The position numbers were made by a program, and so were the translations under genes. The notes under the pieces are model-generated. The model was not told the DNA's origin. It did no database searches and was given only the letters and a program-made list of their open reading frames with translations. From contig JAQUUP010000001.1 in assembly GCA_028693815.1 (NCBI GenBank), positions 72,433 to 136,432 on the forward strand: 64,000 nt of DNA, read 5' to 3'. Positions 9,372-20,214 of this stretch are shown here, piece after piece. Numbering within the stretch: the first letter of the stretch is position 1; every line of letters begins with the position of its first letter. The DNA comes from Candidatus Omnitrophota bacterium. Its GTDB lineage: Bacteria; Omnitrophota; Gorgyraeia; Zapsychrales; Aceulaceae.

Positions 9372-11060
9372 CTATTTTTTCTCATAGACAGTCCAAAAAG
9401 CTGTTTCTTTAGTTCCTTTTTGAGCATGAAATTCTGGAAATTTTTCTAAAATATACGAATGTCGATATAGATATCTTTTAGGAATAGCAATCTGCTCTAA
9501 CTTCCTTGGAATATACTTCTTAAAATGCTGTGGATCAATGGGAATTCTCGCGTTCTTTCGATCATAAACACCATCTAGACTATGATAAACTTTCTTATCA
9601 GAAAAACAGGTCGACAGAATACTATCTGGAAAATATATTTTCTCAGGATTCTGCAAAGAAAAAACATAGGCCATTTCTTGCGGATTTCGATCGGCTAAAA
9701 TAAGTCTATTAAAAAAAGAAAAAAAAGTTCCTACACTTAAACTCATCAGACAAAACATCAAAATACAAAATAAAAATTTTATTATCTTTTTGCGATCCAG
9801 AGAAACTTCTTTTAACGATTTTAAAAAAAACCGGACTAAGCAAATGGTTGCCGCTAAAACAAAGAAGTATATAGAAAAGCTGAAATTATTTACATCTCCT
9901 CCTTTTTTAAGCATCGCCAAAATCGCTGTCGGAGCCATCGCAACTCCTACCAAAAAAAACAAAACCCAATCATTTTGCTTAAAAAATACATTAAAGCTTA
10001 CTGCCCTTTTAAAAAGTCTCTTTATTGGTTCTATGTTAGTTAAAAGAATTAATGCAACAAACAAGCTTGTATTCTTTAAAAAATACCATGCTATCAAAAA
10101 GAATCCCTTGCCCCATCCCATAGAATATCGCGCGGGGTGCCTAGACGGGATTAAAAACATCTCCTCAAACATCTCTCTGAATCCAAAGGAATAAGAAAAC
10201 AACGCCAACAAAGAAAACAAAAATAAAATTATCTGAAAGAAATAACTCTGGGCTGATCGCCTTCCTTCTTTGACCCATACATACATCGGAAGAGCAATCG
10301 CCAAAGGAACAGCAATTTGCTTAGTCCAAATAGAGCAAGCGACAAAAAAAGCAGAAAGAATTTTATAATGCGGCCTTAACTCTTCTCGATCTCCATACAA
10401 AAACAAACACGCAAGCGCTGCCAAGCCAATCGAGGGGGCATCTGCATGAATCATAAAAATAGACCGGCTCAAAGAATATAGACTAAATGAAAAAAGACAA
10501 AATAATGAAAAATAACAAAAAAATGCGCTTTTCGAGAAAGATTCTTTTTTTGCTTCTATTACAAAAAAACTTATGCTTGGAACAAAAATAAAAAGCACGC
10601 TTAACAAAGACCCCAAACAAATAGCTAGCGTAGGCGTTTTCATCCATGTACACGGCCAATAAGATAATGGCATCAAAGGTCCATACATTCTTGCGAGAAT
10701 GGGCCCCTTGGAAAGACCATAAAAAACTTGATGCCCATATTTTATTGAGAAAGTCCAGGCAAGACGAGCTGAATTCCAATCAAAAAATGGTTCCATTAAA
10801 ATATTAACGACAATGCTTAAGAAACTAAAAAAGACTGTCAGGGAGAGCGTTAGAACAAATAGATGTGCAGCAAGATTTTCTTGCCTTGCAAGGCTAAGAG
10901 CAAAAATAGCAACAATCAAACAAGAAATGAAAAGAAGAGGAAAAATATTCTGAATAAAAGGAGAAAAATATATAATCAAATAATCTAAACACAAAAAAAC
11001 TACCGATAAGAAAACAGCTAATCCTATAGTTTTTTGATAATATAATATTTTTTTAAACAT
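9372..11060 (-). CDS. Large polytopic membrane protein, putative GT-C type glycosyltransferase partnering the adjacent GT2.
   Basis: 562 aa with many TM helices. The GT2 plus membrane-GT gene pair is common. No specific family recognised. Confidence 0.4.
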   Translation of the reverse strand: MFKKILYYQKTIGLAVFLSVVFLCLDYLIIYFSPFIQNIFPLLFISCLIVAIFALSLARQENLAAHLFVLTLSLTVFFSFLSIVVNILMEPFFDWNSARLAWTFSIKYGHQVFYGLSKGPILARMYGPLMPLSYWPCTWMKTPTLAICLGSLLSVLFIFVPSISFFVIEAKKESFSKSAFFCYFSLFCLFSFSLYSLSRSIFMIHADAPSIGLAALACLFLYGDREELRPHYKILSAFFVACSIWTKQIAVPLAIALPMYVWVKEGRRSAQSYFFQIILFLFSLLALFSYSFGFREMFEEMFLIPSRHPARYSMGWGKGFFLIAWYFLKNTSLFVALILLTNIEPIKRLFKRAVSFNVFFKQNDWVLFFLVGVAMAPTAILAMLKKGGDVNNFSFSIYFFVLAATICLVRFFLKSLKEVSLDRKKIIKFLFCILMFCLMSLSVGTFFSFFNRLILADRNPQEMAYVFSLQNPEKIYFPDSILSTCFSDKKVYHSLDGVYDRKNARIPIDPQHFKKYIPRKLEQIAIPKRYLYRHSYILEKFPEFHAQKGTKETAFWTVYEKK

Positions 11061-11107
11061 TAAAAAGAAAATAAATTGTTTAACCAGATTTTAACAAAAA
11101 ATTTTAA

Positions 11108-11178
11108 CTGCCCGGCTTGGATTCGAACCAAAACTAACTGCTCCAGAGGCAGTCGTGCTACCATTACACAACCGGGCA
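11108..11178 (-). tRNA. tRNA-Gln (anticodon CUG)
   Basis: Minus-strand cloverleaf TGCCCGG/CCGGGCA acceptor (U1-A72), GTGT/GCAC D-stem, anticodon loop CTCTGGA, T-loop TTCGAAT, discriminator G. No encoded CCA. Confidence 0.75.
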
Positions 11179-11272
11179 ATATTTTTGTTTTTTATAAAAA
11201 AATGCCATATCCCTTGATCTTCAAAACAAAAGGCATGGCAAATATTAAATTACATTTAAATAAATTTTAATA

Positions 11273-12547
11273 CTAAAGATTAGCAGCCTGCCTCAGCCGT
11301 TGGATTGTCTTTTCTTTTCCAATAACCGCCATTGTCTCAAAAAGACCAGGACCTATTGTTTTTCCTGTTAAAGCAACGCGCACAGGATGCACGAGCTCAG
11401 CAGCTTTTATTTTAAGATCGTCGACAAGAAGGCGAAAGCCTTCCTCCGAAGAATGAATATCAAATATTTCTAATTTCTCAAAACATTCGGCTAAAAGCTT
11501 AAATTGTTTCTTTGCGTCATCTGAAAAGAACTTTTCTTGATCTTCCGCACTTACATTAATTTCTTTAAGAAAAGCAAAATCTGCCCAATCAACAAAATCC
11601 TCTAAAGTCGATACGCGTCCTTTAAATAAATTAACAATACTTTCCAAATTCTTTCTGTCAAATTCACTGTCAAGATAACCTTTTTCTTTTAAAAGTGGAA
11701 TTATCAAATCTGTTAGTTTTTCCAGATCCATCTGTCGAATATGCTGCGCATTGACCCATTTTAATTTCTCTATAGAAAAAATAGCCGCCGCCTTGTTAAT
11801 CTTCTTAATTGAAAACTTCTCTACAGCTTTTTTAAGCATTACAATTTCTTGATTTGGCCCAGGAGACCAACCAAGTAACATAAGATAGTTAACGATACCC
11901 TCAGAAACAAAACCCATTTTTCTATAATCACTAACCGCAACGGCCCCTGTTCTCTTAGAAAGACGTCCTCCATCTTCTCCCATAATCAAAGGCAGATGAG
12001 CAAACTTTGGCACTTTGAAGCCAAGCGCTTCATAAATCATAATTTGTTTTGGTGTATTTGAAATGTGATCTTCCCCACGAATCACGTGAGTAATCTCCAT
12101 CAGCGCATCATCAACAACGCACGCAAAACTATATGTCGGCGATCCATCTGACTTCATCAAAACCTGATCTTTTAAAACAGCTGTATCAAAAATAATTTCA
12201 TCACGAATTAAATCATAAATCTTAACTTCTTTTTGGGGCATCTTTAAAATAACTGCATCTCCATCAAGATACGCCTTTTCCTCTTCAAGCAATTGATCTG
12301 CATATTTTCGGTAAATATCAAATCGATCGCTTTGTTTGTAAACTTCATCCCAAGAAAGCCCAAGCCACTGCATGCTTTCTAAAATCTCATCGAGAAATTC
12401 TTTCTTCGAACGCTCTAAATCCGTATCTTCAATACGCAAAACAAAACTTCCCTTTTGAGATTTTGCATACATCCAATTAAATAAAGCTGTTCTGGCCCCG
12501 CCAATATGTAAATATCCTGTCGGACTAGGAGCAAACCTAACTTTCAT
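11273..12547 (-). CDS. gltX: Glutamyl-tRNA synthetase
   Basis: HIGGARTALFNW (HIGH) and LSKR (KMSKS) motifs. C-terminal anticodon-binding domain present. Confidence 0.9.
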   Translation of the reverse strand: MKVRFAPSPTGYLHIGGARTALFNWMYAKSQKGSFVLRIEDTDLERSKKEFLDEILESMQWLGLSWDEVYKQSDRFDIYRKYADQLLEEEKAYLDGDAVILKMPQKEVKIYDLIRDEIIFDTAVLKDQVLMKSDGSPTYSFACVVDDALMEITHVIRGEDHISNTPKQIMIYEALGFKVPKFAHLPLIMGEDGGRLSKRTGAVAVSDYRKMGFVSEGIVNYLMLLGWSPGPNQEIVMLKKAVEKFSIKKINKAAAIFSIEKLKWVNAQHIRQMDLEKLTDLIIPLLKEKGYLDSEFDRKNLESIVNLFKGRVSTLEDFVDWADFAFLKEINVSAEDQEKFFSDDAKKQFKLLAECFEKLEIFDIHSSEEGFRLLVDDLKIKAAELVHPVRVALTGKTIGPGLFETMAVIGKEKTIQRLRQAANL

Positions 12548-12590
12548 TCTTTACCTTTGTATTTAAGAAATTAATTGAAAAAACGACACT

Positions 12591-12986
12591 TTATCCTCTG
12601 TAAGGTGTCTTTTCATAACCTTCTTTTATCAGTTGAAGAACAACCTGTCTAATTCTTTTTTGCTCTTCAGGAGAAATATTTGAAAATTCAATACCGGTAT
12701 CATAAACGGTCGCTTTTGATTGATTCTTTGCTTGTGTTTTAACAGACCAAACAACGCGACCTTTACACTTAATATTTTTTTCCATATCTAAAAGATCAAT
12801 TTCTAAATCGACTTCAGAAAAAAGCCTTGAACTTTCTTTAAAAATAACGCAAACCCCGCCCGTTCCAATATTTTCCGTATGCGTTAAGAATGCGTCTTTG
12901 CCCTCAGCGTCATGACGGACCGTCACTAAGCACGGATAGTTAACTCTAGGAAATTGTCTTCTCTCTAAACCTTGCCAGTTTGCCAT
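12591..12986 (-). CDS. PilZ-domain (c-di-GMP binding) protein
   Basis: RRQFPR (RxxxR) and NIGTGGVCV (D/NxSxxG) motifs. Confidence 0.7.
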   Translation of the reverse strand: MANWQGLERRQFPRVNYPCLVTVRHDAEGKDAFLTHTENIGTGGVCVIFKESSRLFSEVDLEIDLLDMEKNIKCKGRVVWSVKTQAKNQSKATVYDTGIEFSNISPEEQKRIRQVVLQLIKEGYEKTPYRG

Positions 12987-13769
12987 CTACATCCTCCTTT
13001 GAATTCTTAATATATTTAAAGCTAATCCTGTTTGTTCATCAATTGTAAAAACAACACCATTTAACCAAACATCCTCAGATGCCACTTCAAACTTTGATGG
13101 CATACTTTTTAAAAATCGCTCAATGATTTTTTCTTTATTTTGGCCTATAACCGAGTCAAACGGCCCTGTCATTCCAACATCTGTAATATATCCTGTTTTC
13201 TTTTGTAAAATCTTTTCGTCTGCTGTTTGCACGTGTGTATGCGTTCCGAAAACGCCAGACGCTTTTCCATCAGCGAAATGTCCAAAAGCAATCTTTTCGC
13301 TTGTTGCTTCCGCATGAAAATCAACAATAACGTTTGGCGTTTCCTTCCGAATATCTTTAATCAAATGCTCGAATGCCTTAAATGGACAGTTAACATTATA
13401 TCGCATAAAAACCCGCCCCAAAAGATTAATCACGGCAATTTTATTGCCTTTCTTTGTTGTTGTCACGCAAAAGCCTTTTCCTGGTGATCCTTCTGGAAAG
13501 TTACAGGGACGAAGAATCCTCTTTTCATCACCAAGAAATTCTAAAATCTCTTTTTTATCCCAAACATGATCGCCAGTTGTTAAAACATCACAACCACAAG
13601 ACAAAAAACTTTCAGCTAAACGAGGAATAATCCCTGAGCCACCAGCCGCATTTTCAACATTAGCAATAACAAATTCAATATCATATTCTTTAATCAGCGT
13701 AGGCAAAAGCGTTTCCACAGCTTCTCTGCCGGGCTTTCCGACAATGTCTCCAATACACAAAATATTCAT
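12987..13769 (-). CDS. ymdB: YmdB-like metallophosphoesterase (2',3'-cAMP phosphodiesterase family)
   Basis: MNILCIGDIVGKPGR...NVENAAGGSG. Conserved synteny next to rny. Confidence 0.8.
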   Translation of the reverse strand: MNILCIGDIVGKPGREAVETLLPTLIKEYDIEFVIANVENAAGGSGIIPRLAESFLSCGCDVLTTGDHVWDKKEILEFLGDEKRILRPCNFPEGSPGKGFCVTTTKKGNKIAVINLLGRVFMRYNVNCPFKAFEHLIKDIRKETPNVIVDFHAEATSEKIAFGHFADGKASGVFGTHTHVQTADEKILQKKTGYITDVGMTGPFDSVIGQNKEKIIERFLKSMPSKFEVASEDVWLNGVVFTIDEQTGLALNILRIQRRM

Positions 13770-13875
13770 AAATGAAATCCTAACTCTTAAAGTCCGTCTT
13801 TTAAAAGGAACAAATAAAAAAATATTGGTTAATCTTATCGCCTATATCGCCTAGCGCTACAATCAACACGCTCGT

Positions 13876-15432
13876 TTATTTAGCGTATTCTGTTGCTCGC
13901 GTTTCGCGAATGACAATAACCTTAATTTGCCCGGGGTACTCCATGTCTGATTCAATCTTTTTTCGAATTTCTCGGGACAAAACAATAGACTCATCGTCAT
14001 TTATCTTGTTCGGCTTAACCATAATGCGAACTTCTCGTCCTGCCTGAAGCGCATACGCTTTATCAATACCGTTAAACGAAGTCGCAATCTTCTCTAAAGA
14101 TTCGATTCGTTTAACATACGTCTCCATTGTTTCAGCGCGAGCTCCTGGGCGAGCAGCACTCACCGCATCCGCAGCTGCAACTAAAATACCATAAATATTC
14201 ATCTCAACTTCTTCATGATGAGATTCAATGGCTCTCACAACATCCGGCTGTTCTCCATACTTACGAGAAATCTCTGCTCCAATAATAGCGTGTGGACCTT
14301 CGATATCTTCTCCAGCAACTTTTCCAATATCATGCAAAAGACCAGCCCTACGAGCAACTTTAAAATCTAAATTAAGTTGAGATGCCATGATCCCCATTAA
14401 AGAAGCAACTTCTTTCGAATGACGAAGCGCATTTTGCCCAAAACTTGTTCGATATTTTAATTTTCCGACTAATTTAACAAGCTCTGGATGCATCCCATGA
14501 ATGCCGAGGTCAAAAGTAGCTTGTTCCCCTTCTTCTTTAACTTTTGTATCAATTTCTTTTTTAACCTTTTCAACTACTTCTTCAATGCGTCCAGGATGAA
14601 TGCGTCCATCGTGAATCAATCTTTCCAAAGAAATCTTTGCAATTTCTCGACGCATCATATCAAATCCTGAAATTGTAACCGCTTCTGGAGTATCATCAAT
14701 AATAATGTCAACACCCGTCGCCATCTCAAACGCACGAATATTGCGTCCTTCGCGTCCAATAATGCGACCTTTCATCTCGTCTGAAGGAAGATGAACAACG
14801 CTAATAGTCGTATCTCCAGCATGGTCGCTGGCACATCGGTGAATAGCAGAAGACAAAATCTCTTTCGCTTTTTTATCTGCGTTCGTTTTAAGCTCTTCGT
14901 CCATTTCCCGAATACGGGTTGCTTTCTCGGCAATAAGCTCATCATCAACGCGAGACAAGAGAAGCGTCTTCGCCTCTTCTGATGTCATCGAAGAAATCTT
15001 TTGCAATCGATGCTTTTCTTCCTCAATTAACTGCTCTAACTTTATATCTTTTTCTTTTAGTTCAACTTCATTTTGGTGTAACTGGTTAACACGTCCTTCG
15101 ATATCCTTTTCTTTTCTTTCAAGAAGATCTACACGTTTTTCAAGATTCTCCTCTTTTTGCGAAATACGCTTTTCAGCGGAAGAAAGCTCTTCGCGGCGGT
15201 CCTTTGTTTCTTTTTCAAAATTCTCTCTTAACTGAATGAGCATGTCGCGGCTTTTGATTTCCGCCTCTTTTATCTTATTGTCTCCCTCACGTTCAGCTTT
15301 TTCTAAAAGTTCTTTTGTTTTAATTGTAGATTGTTTAATACGGCGATCACTAAAAAATCGGCTTAAAAAATATCCCAACAAAGCTCCAAAAACAAGAAAT
15401 ACAATATTATTTGCTAATGGTTGTCCTGACAT
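13876..15432 (-). CDS. rny: Ribonuclease Y (N-terminal TM, KH, HD domains). Start chosen at the internal ATG with a GGAGA RBS.
   Basis: KH motif [10 protein letters not shown] and HD motif LLHDIGK. The ORF track extends 20 codons further upstream without an RBS. Confidence 0.9.
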   Translation of the reverse strand: MSGQPLANNIVFLVFGALLGYFLSRFFSDRRIKQSTIKTKELLEKAEREGDNKIKEAEIKSRDMLIQLRENFEKETKDRREELSSAEKRISQKEENLEKRVDLLERKEKDIEGRVNQLHQNEVELKEKDIKLEQLIEEEKHRLQKISSMTSEEAKTLLLSRVDDELIAEKATRIREMDEELKTNADKKAKEILSSAIHRCASDHAGDTTISVVHLPSDEMKGRIIGREGRNIRAFEMATGVDIIIDDTPEAVTISGFDMMRREIAKISLERLIHDGRIHPGRIEEVVEKVKKEIDTKVKEEGEQATFDLGIHGMHPELVKLVGKLKYRTSFGQNALRHSKEVASLMGIMASQLNLDFKVARRAGLLHDIGKVAGEDIEGPHAIIGAEISRKYGEQPDVVRAIESHHEEVEMNIYGILVAAADAVSAARPGARAETMETYVKRIESLEKIATSFNGIDKAYALQAGREVRIMVKPNKINDDESIVLSREIRKKIESDMEYPGQIKVIVIRETRATEYAK

Positions 15433-15607
15433 GGTAAAAATCTCCCTTCTATGATTAGCCCCACATTTTACGCTTAAGACTAGCATGCGCAATTTAGCTT
15501 TTCTCCAAAAATGTTTAAGAAAAGCGGGGTTTACTTTGATTGCCTAAATGTTTTTTATCGAACAATTAGGATTAAGAGCATTCTAATAATTCAAGAATGC
15601 GAGTCAA

Positions 15608-16171
15608 TTAATTTGTTAGAATACGCGAAACAGGAATGTCGTGTTTTTCGATGGAAGGCAAACAGGAAACAATTTGAAAATCAAACGCTAATCCAAATAT
15701 CGGCGTTGTTTTGGGTAGCATACTTAAAAAACGATCGTAATATCCTTCTCCCCGACCAAGACGATTATTGGCTTGATCAAACCCAACACCCGGAACAATA
15801 ACTAAATCCGGATGTACAGGCACGAAGCCTTTTGCAATGCTATGTTTGGGTTGTTGAATGCCATAAGGTCCTTTTGTTAAATCTTTTTCTATGCTGTCTA
15901 TCAGAGAAGGAATAATCTTTTTTTCTTTTTTAATCGTAATTGGTAACGCTACTTTTTTTCCTAATTTTTGTGCCTTTTCTATCATCGAAAGGGTCTCTAC
16001 TTCTCCATCAAAAGAAAAGTAGAACATGACCACCTGAGCACGCATAAACTCCGGTGTTTTAAACAGCTTATTTTCGATAAGCTTACTTTTTTTAAGTCTA
16101 ACATCCTCCTTTTGAATTCTCAGTAATGTCAAAAGTCTTTTTCGCAAAGACTCCTTGAGGTTGTTGCCCAT
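15608..16171 (-). CDS. 5-formyltetrahydrofolate cyclo-ligase
   Basis: GVGFD...RLGRGEGYYDR signature. Confidence 0.8.
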   Translation of the reverse strand: MGNNLKESLRKRLLTLLRIQKEDVRLKKSKLIENKLFKTPEFMRAQVVMFYFSFDGEVETLSMIEKAQKLGKKVALPITIKKEKKIIPSLIDSIEKDLTKGPYGIQQPKHSIAKGFVPVHPDLVIVPGVGFDQANNRLGRGEGYYDRFLSMLPKTTPIFGLAFDFQIVSCLPSIEKHDIPVSRILTN

Positions 16172-16566
16172 TTATTATCCTTAATCATACAAACTACGTT
16201 AAGGGAAACATTTTACCATTTTTCTAATATATAGACAACTATTAATATTATAGAGATTTATTTATAAAAAGGCGGGCACATGTAAAATAAAACAATATTA
16301 CTATTTAAGAAATTCTTTCAAATATCCTACAAACCTATTGATTCCAGACACTTAAACCTGTAAGCAAGATTCTGCTAAAATATTCTAAACAAAAAAATCC
16401 CCGCTTATGCCGTTAGGATAGGTAACATGAACCGTATGTGTCAAGTGGGTGCCTCTTTAAACCATCCAAAGATGATTTAAAAGCTTAGCTCCCGTGTATA
16501 CTGTGTTGGTTCAGTATAACTTGACCCAACGCACACAGCAGGGAATGATTTATTATAACACAACTA

Positions 16567-18600
16567 TCAACGCTTGATAGCTTGCAAATCCGCAATAATT
16601 CTTTGGCAAATATTGCCATGAACCTCTTGAACCTCTTGCTCCGTAAGTGTCTTTTGAAAAGATTGATACGTAAGAGAAATCGTAACGCCACGGTGTCCTT
16701 TTTCAAGCTTTTCGCCCAAATACTGCTCTACAAAATCAACCTCTAAAAGCAATGGCTCGTTGTCCCTTAAAATGACATCTTTTATTTTTTGATAACTAAT
16801 ATTTTCTTGAAGACTCAAACTAATGTCGCGCACCACACAAGGATATTCGCAAACAGCTTTATATTTCTCAATTTTTTGAGACGCTTTAAAAATAGAACTT
16901 GTTTCAATTTGTGCAAAAAAAACATCTTGATATTTAATATCCCATCTATTTAAAACGCCTTCATCAATCTTCCCCAAAAATCCAATTTTCTTACCCTTAA
17001 AAACAACCTCTGCGCTCTGTCCTTTTTGACAATAACAAATCTCTGCTTTTTCAAAACAACCCTCTTCTTTTAAAAAATAACCTAGCACATTTTCAACAGT
17101 ACCTTTAATGTCATAAAAATCTATTTTTTCTTTTTTTAAACTGCGCCAATCTTTGCTCCTATCTCCGGTCATTACAATTGACAAAATATCTTTCTCGCCA
17201 GACGCTGGATAAATTTTCCCAAGCTCAAATAACTTTAAATTTTTCTGACCTCTTTTTATGTTTAGAGAAACAATATTTAGAATGCTTGGCAAAGAATCTG
17301 TTCTCATAAAAACCTGATCCTCGGTCAAAGGATTTTGATTTTGAATGATTTCTTTATCAAAAGAAATATTTGCATTCTCAATCGTTTTTTCTCCCACCAT
17401 GGTATAGCTAATAATTTCGTCTAATCCTTGCCCTGTTAATGCCTGTGACAAATCTTTTTTAAAAATCCATTTTTGAGAGCCAACAATATTTTGTGCTTTA
17501 ATTTCTGGCATCTTTAGAGGAAGATTGTCAAAGCCAACAACACGCGCGATTTCTTCAATCACGTCAACGTCTTTTGTAATGTCACTTCGAAATGATGGAG
17601 GAGCAACCTCTAAACAATTTTTCTTTTTCTCAGAAACCGAACACTCAAGTTTCTTTAAAATATTCTTAATTCTTGTCGTCGGAAGATTTGCCCCTAAAAG
17701 AGAATTGATTTGATCTGTCGTCACATCAATCTTTTTCTGAATCTTTTTTGACTTGCCAGGATAAACATCTTTTTGAGAAAACGCAACACCACCTGCCAAA
17801 TCTTGAATCAAATTAACTGCTCTTTTAATCCCCGCCTCAACAACATTAACATCAACCCCTCTTTCAAAGCGATAAGAAGAATCGCTTCGAAGCGCGAGAT
17901 TGCGCGATGCGCGCCGAATCAAAATAGGATCAAAATAAGCACTTTCCAACAAAATATTTTTTGTTTCTTTTGTTACCTCGGCTTCTTTGCCTCCCATAAT
18001 ACCTGCGATCGCAACTGGCTTTTTCTCATCTGCGATAACCAAAATAGATGGATCAAGATCATACACAACGTCATCAATCGCTATAATTTTTTCACCTTTT
18101 TTAGCGCGACGCACAACAACTTTGTTGCCTTTTAATTTATCATAATCAAAGGCGTGCATAGGCTGACCGGTTTCCATCAAGCAAAAATTAGTCACGTCAA
18201 CAATATTATTAATAGGGCGAAGACCAATGGTCTTTAAATTTTTTTGCATCCCAAGTGGAGATTGTGCGATTTTGACACCTGTCAAAATCGCACCAATATA
18301 CCGACTACAGTCTTTTTTATCTTCAATTGTGATGTCACATTTATTGTTTAAAAATTTTATTTTTTTTATTTTTGGCTTTTTTAAATTCTTATTTAAAATG
18401 GCAGAAAACTCTCGTGCCAAACCAATAAAGCTAAGACAATCTGGCCGATTCGGAGTCACCTCAAGCTCAAAAACGGTGTCGCCGTTAATCTTTTCGATTT
18501 TCTCGACTTCTTGTCCAGATAAAGTTAGCTTATGCGCAAGCTCATCAACTTTATTTGGAATATCAATATAATCTTTAATCCAATTTAAATTTATTTTCAT
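16567..18600 (-). CDS. pheT: Phenylalanyl-tRNA synthetase beta subunit (short form, 677 aa)
   Basis: N-terminal MKINLNWIKDYIDIP B1 block, B3/4 and B5 regions, C-terminal anticodon-binding fold. Confidence 0.9.
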   Translation of the reverse strand: MKINLNWIKDYIDIPNKVDELAHKLTLSGQEVEKIEKINGDTVFELEVTPNRPDCLSFIGLAREFSAILNKNLKKPKIKKIKFLNNKCDITIEDKKDCSRYIGAILTGVKIAQSPLGMQKNLKTIGLRPINNIVDVTNFCLMETGQPMHAFDYDKLKGNKVVVRRAKKGEKIIAIDDVVYDLDPSILVIADEKKPVAIAGIMGGKEAEVTKETKNILLESAYFDPILIRRASRNLALRSDSSYRFERGVDVNVVEAGIKRAVNLIQDLAGGVAFSQKDVYPGKSKKIQKKIDVTTDQINSLLGANLPTTRIKNILKKLECSVSEKKKNCLEVAPPSFRSDITKDVDVIEEIARVVGFDNLPLKMPEIKAQNIVGSQKWIFKKDLSQALTGQGLDEIISYTMVGEKTIENANISFDKEIIQNQNPLTEDQVFMRTDSLPSILNIVSLNIKRGQKNLKLFELGKIYPASGEKDILSIVMTGDRSKDWRSLKKEKIDFYDIKGTVENVLGYFLKEEGCFEKAEICYCQKGQSAEVVFKGKKIGFLGKIDEGVLNRWDIKYQDVFFAQIETSSIFKASQKIEKYKAVCEYPCVVRDISLSLQENISYQKIKDVILRDNEPLLLEVDFVEQYLGEKLEKGHRGVTISLTYQSFQKTLTEQEVQEVHGNICQRIIADLQAIKR

Positions 18601-18679
18601 TATTATTTTCTTTAACTAAAATAATCCTAAGCTACTATTTAATCTTTTTTTACTTTTTATTCCGTTCAATAAATTTTCA

Positions 18680-20146
18680 TCATTCAATTGGAGATGGGGA
18701 AGGAGAACACACTTCATTCCAATCTCCATGGACAAGATACCATTTCCAATTTGCTCCATTGTCATCAGTAGAGCATAAGCGTAAAGTAGATGTCTGAACA
18801 GTCCCCGTTGCACATACAACTTTTTCAATTGGCGTGAATTTCAACATCCCAGCTGTCTTATCTGAACACGCCGTCCCTTCAGTACCAACTTTAATAGCAC
18901 CATTAACATCCAACTTGGCCTGAGGTACAGTTATCCCAATCCCAAGACGTCCACCGTTTGGCCACCCCTGATCATCAATAACCATAAAATTACTATCAGT
19001 TTGTCCCGCTCCGTTTCTATATCGAGCAAAGGTTAAATTTCCCTGATTACTAAAAATATTATATCGATCGTTTGTTCCTCCGCTAACAAAACTAAGCCCT
19101 GAAGAGCTATTGGCAGCCTCAGATTTAATCCAAACCCCCTCTGCACTCCCCTGAGCATTAACGTGAAGATGAGCTTGAGGAGCAGTTTTTCCTATCCCAA
19201 CATCCCCAGCAAAATAATTATCCCCGCCGCCTGTTTGATAAATTCCATACGCCGTATCAGCAGAAGTTTCCATATAAATTCCTGACTTTGTCGTAACACT
19301 CCTTGGAACGGCATCATTAAAAATCTCAATAACAGGACCATCTGGCGCAGCAGCGGTATTCTCAAAAACAGCAGAATAATTAAAATCTGTATTTTGAACA
19401 TGAAGGTCAGCAAAAGGAGTTTCTGTTCCGATACCAGTTCTTCCATTTTTTAAAACAGTGACTGCATTAGACCGATTCGCAGCACTTGCTCCGTTCCCAA
19501 TCACAAACAAAGGGTCAGTGTCAACCCAGGCATTTGTCGTCCCAGAAACAATATTATATTGTCCAAAAACAGCAGAATTTTTAGCCCTAGCATTAGCAAA
19601 TTGCCCACTAGCAAAAGAATAGTCTCCGCTAGCAAAACTTGCTTGACCAAAAACAGAAGCTCTCTTCCCAGAAGCAACATTCGCATTTCCTGCTGCAAAA
19701 GAATAACTACCACTCACCGAATTGCTTCCACCAAAAGCAGAAGCATTGTCTCCTGCAACATTATTTTGAAACCCTGATGCAAAAGATCTTGTCCCGCTTA
19801 CTGTATTTTCTGAACCAAAAGCCGTTGAATAGTTCCCCGTAGCATTGTTCGATTCTCCTGATGTAAAAGAATTGTTTCCTGTCGTAGTATTATTTAAACC
19901 AAAAGCAACAGAGGCGTTTGTTGCTGTGTTTCCTGACCCAGCAACAAGTGCACCTTGTCCAGCATCGGGAACAATCTCAACTTTATGGATAGGGTTTTCC
20001 TCCCCTACACCTAGCTGTCCCATAACCCTCATCTCTTGATACATGCCAAAAGGGGCTGGATAATACGTTGTCAAAGTAACTTTATCTGCAAAAGCTAATG
20101 AACAACAAGCAACAACAAATAATATGGTAAAAATTATTTTTTTCAT
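18680..20146 (-). CDS. Secreted surface repeat protein, paralog B. Signal peptide, conserved N-terminal module, YadA-head-like 14-residue beta-roll repeats, three GIG..P..L(D/H)V tail-fibre-like motifs, Cys-containing C-terminal domain. Start set at MKKIIF with a GGGGAAG RBS.
   Basis: The first 60 aa after the start are near-identical to the neighbouring paralog (DKVTLTTYYPAPFGMYQEMRVMG). Repeats of the form SFAxGxxNxASGxxS. Motifs GRTGIGTETPFADLHV, GDVGIGKTAPQAHLHV and GRLGIGITVPQAKLDV. Confidence 0.6.
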   Translation of the reverse strand: MKKIIFTILFVVACCSLAFADKVTLTTYYPAPFGMYQEMRVMGQLGVGEENPIHKVEIVPDAGQGALVAGSGNTATNASVAFGLNNTTTGNNSFTSGESNNATGNYSTAFGSENTVSGTRSFASGFQNNVAGDNASAFGGSNSVSGSYSFAAGNANVASGKRASVFGQASFASGDYSFASGQFANARAKNSAVFGQYNIVSGTTNAWVDTDPLFVIGNGASAANRSNAVTVLKNGRTGIGTETPFADLHVQNTDFNYSAVFENTAAAPDGPVIEIFNDAVPRSVTTKSGIYMETSADTAYGIYQTGGGDNYFAGDVGIGKTAPQAHLHVNAQGSAEGVWIKSEAANSSSGLSFVSGGTNDRYNIFSNQGNLTFARYRNGAGQTDSNFMVIDDQGWPNGGRLGIGITVPQAKLDVNGAIKVGTEGTACSDKTAGMLKFTPIEKVVCATGTVQTSTLRLCSTDDNGANWKWYLVHGDWNEVCSPSPSPIE

Positions 20147-20214
20147 TTCTTCCCCCAATACAATATTAAATAAAATAAATTCAAAAGCTAAAATCTAAAC
20201 TAATTTATTATCTT

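Noticed and set aside
11076-11270. 64-aa ORF
   Set aside because: Overlaps tRNA-Gln on the opposite strand and sits in the gltX upstream region.
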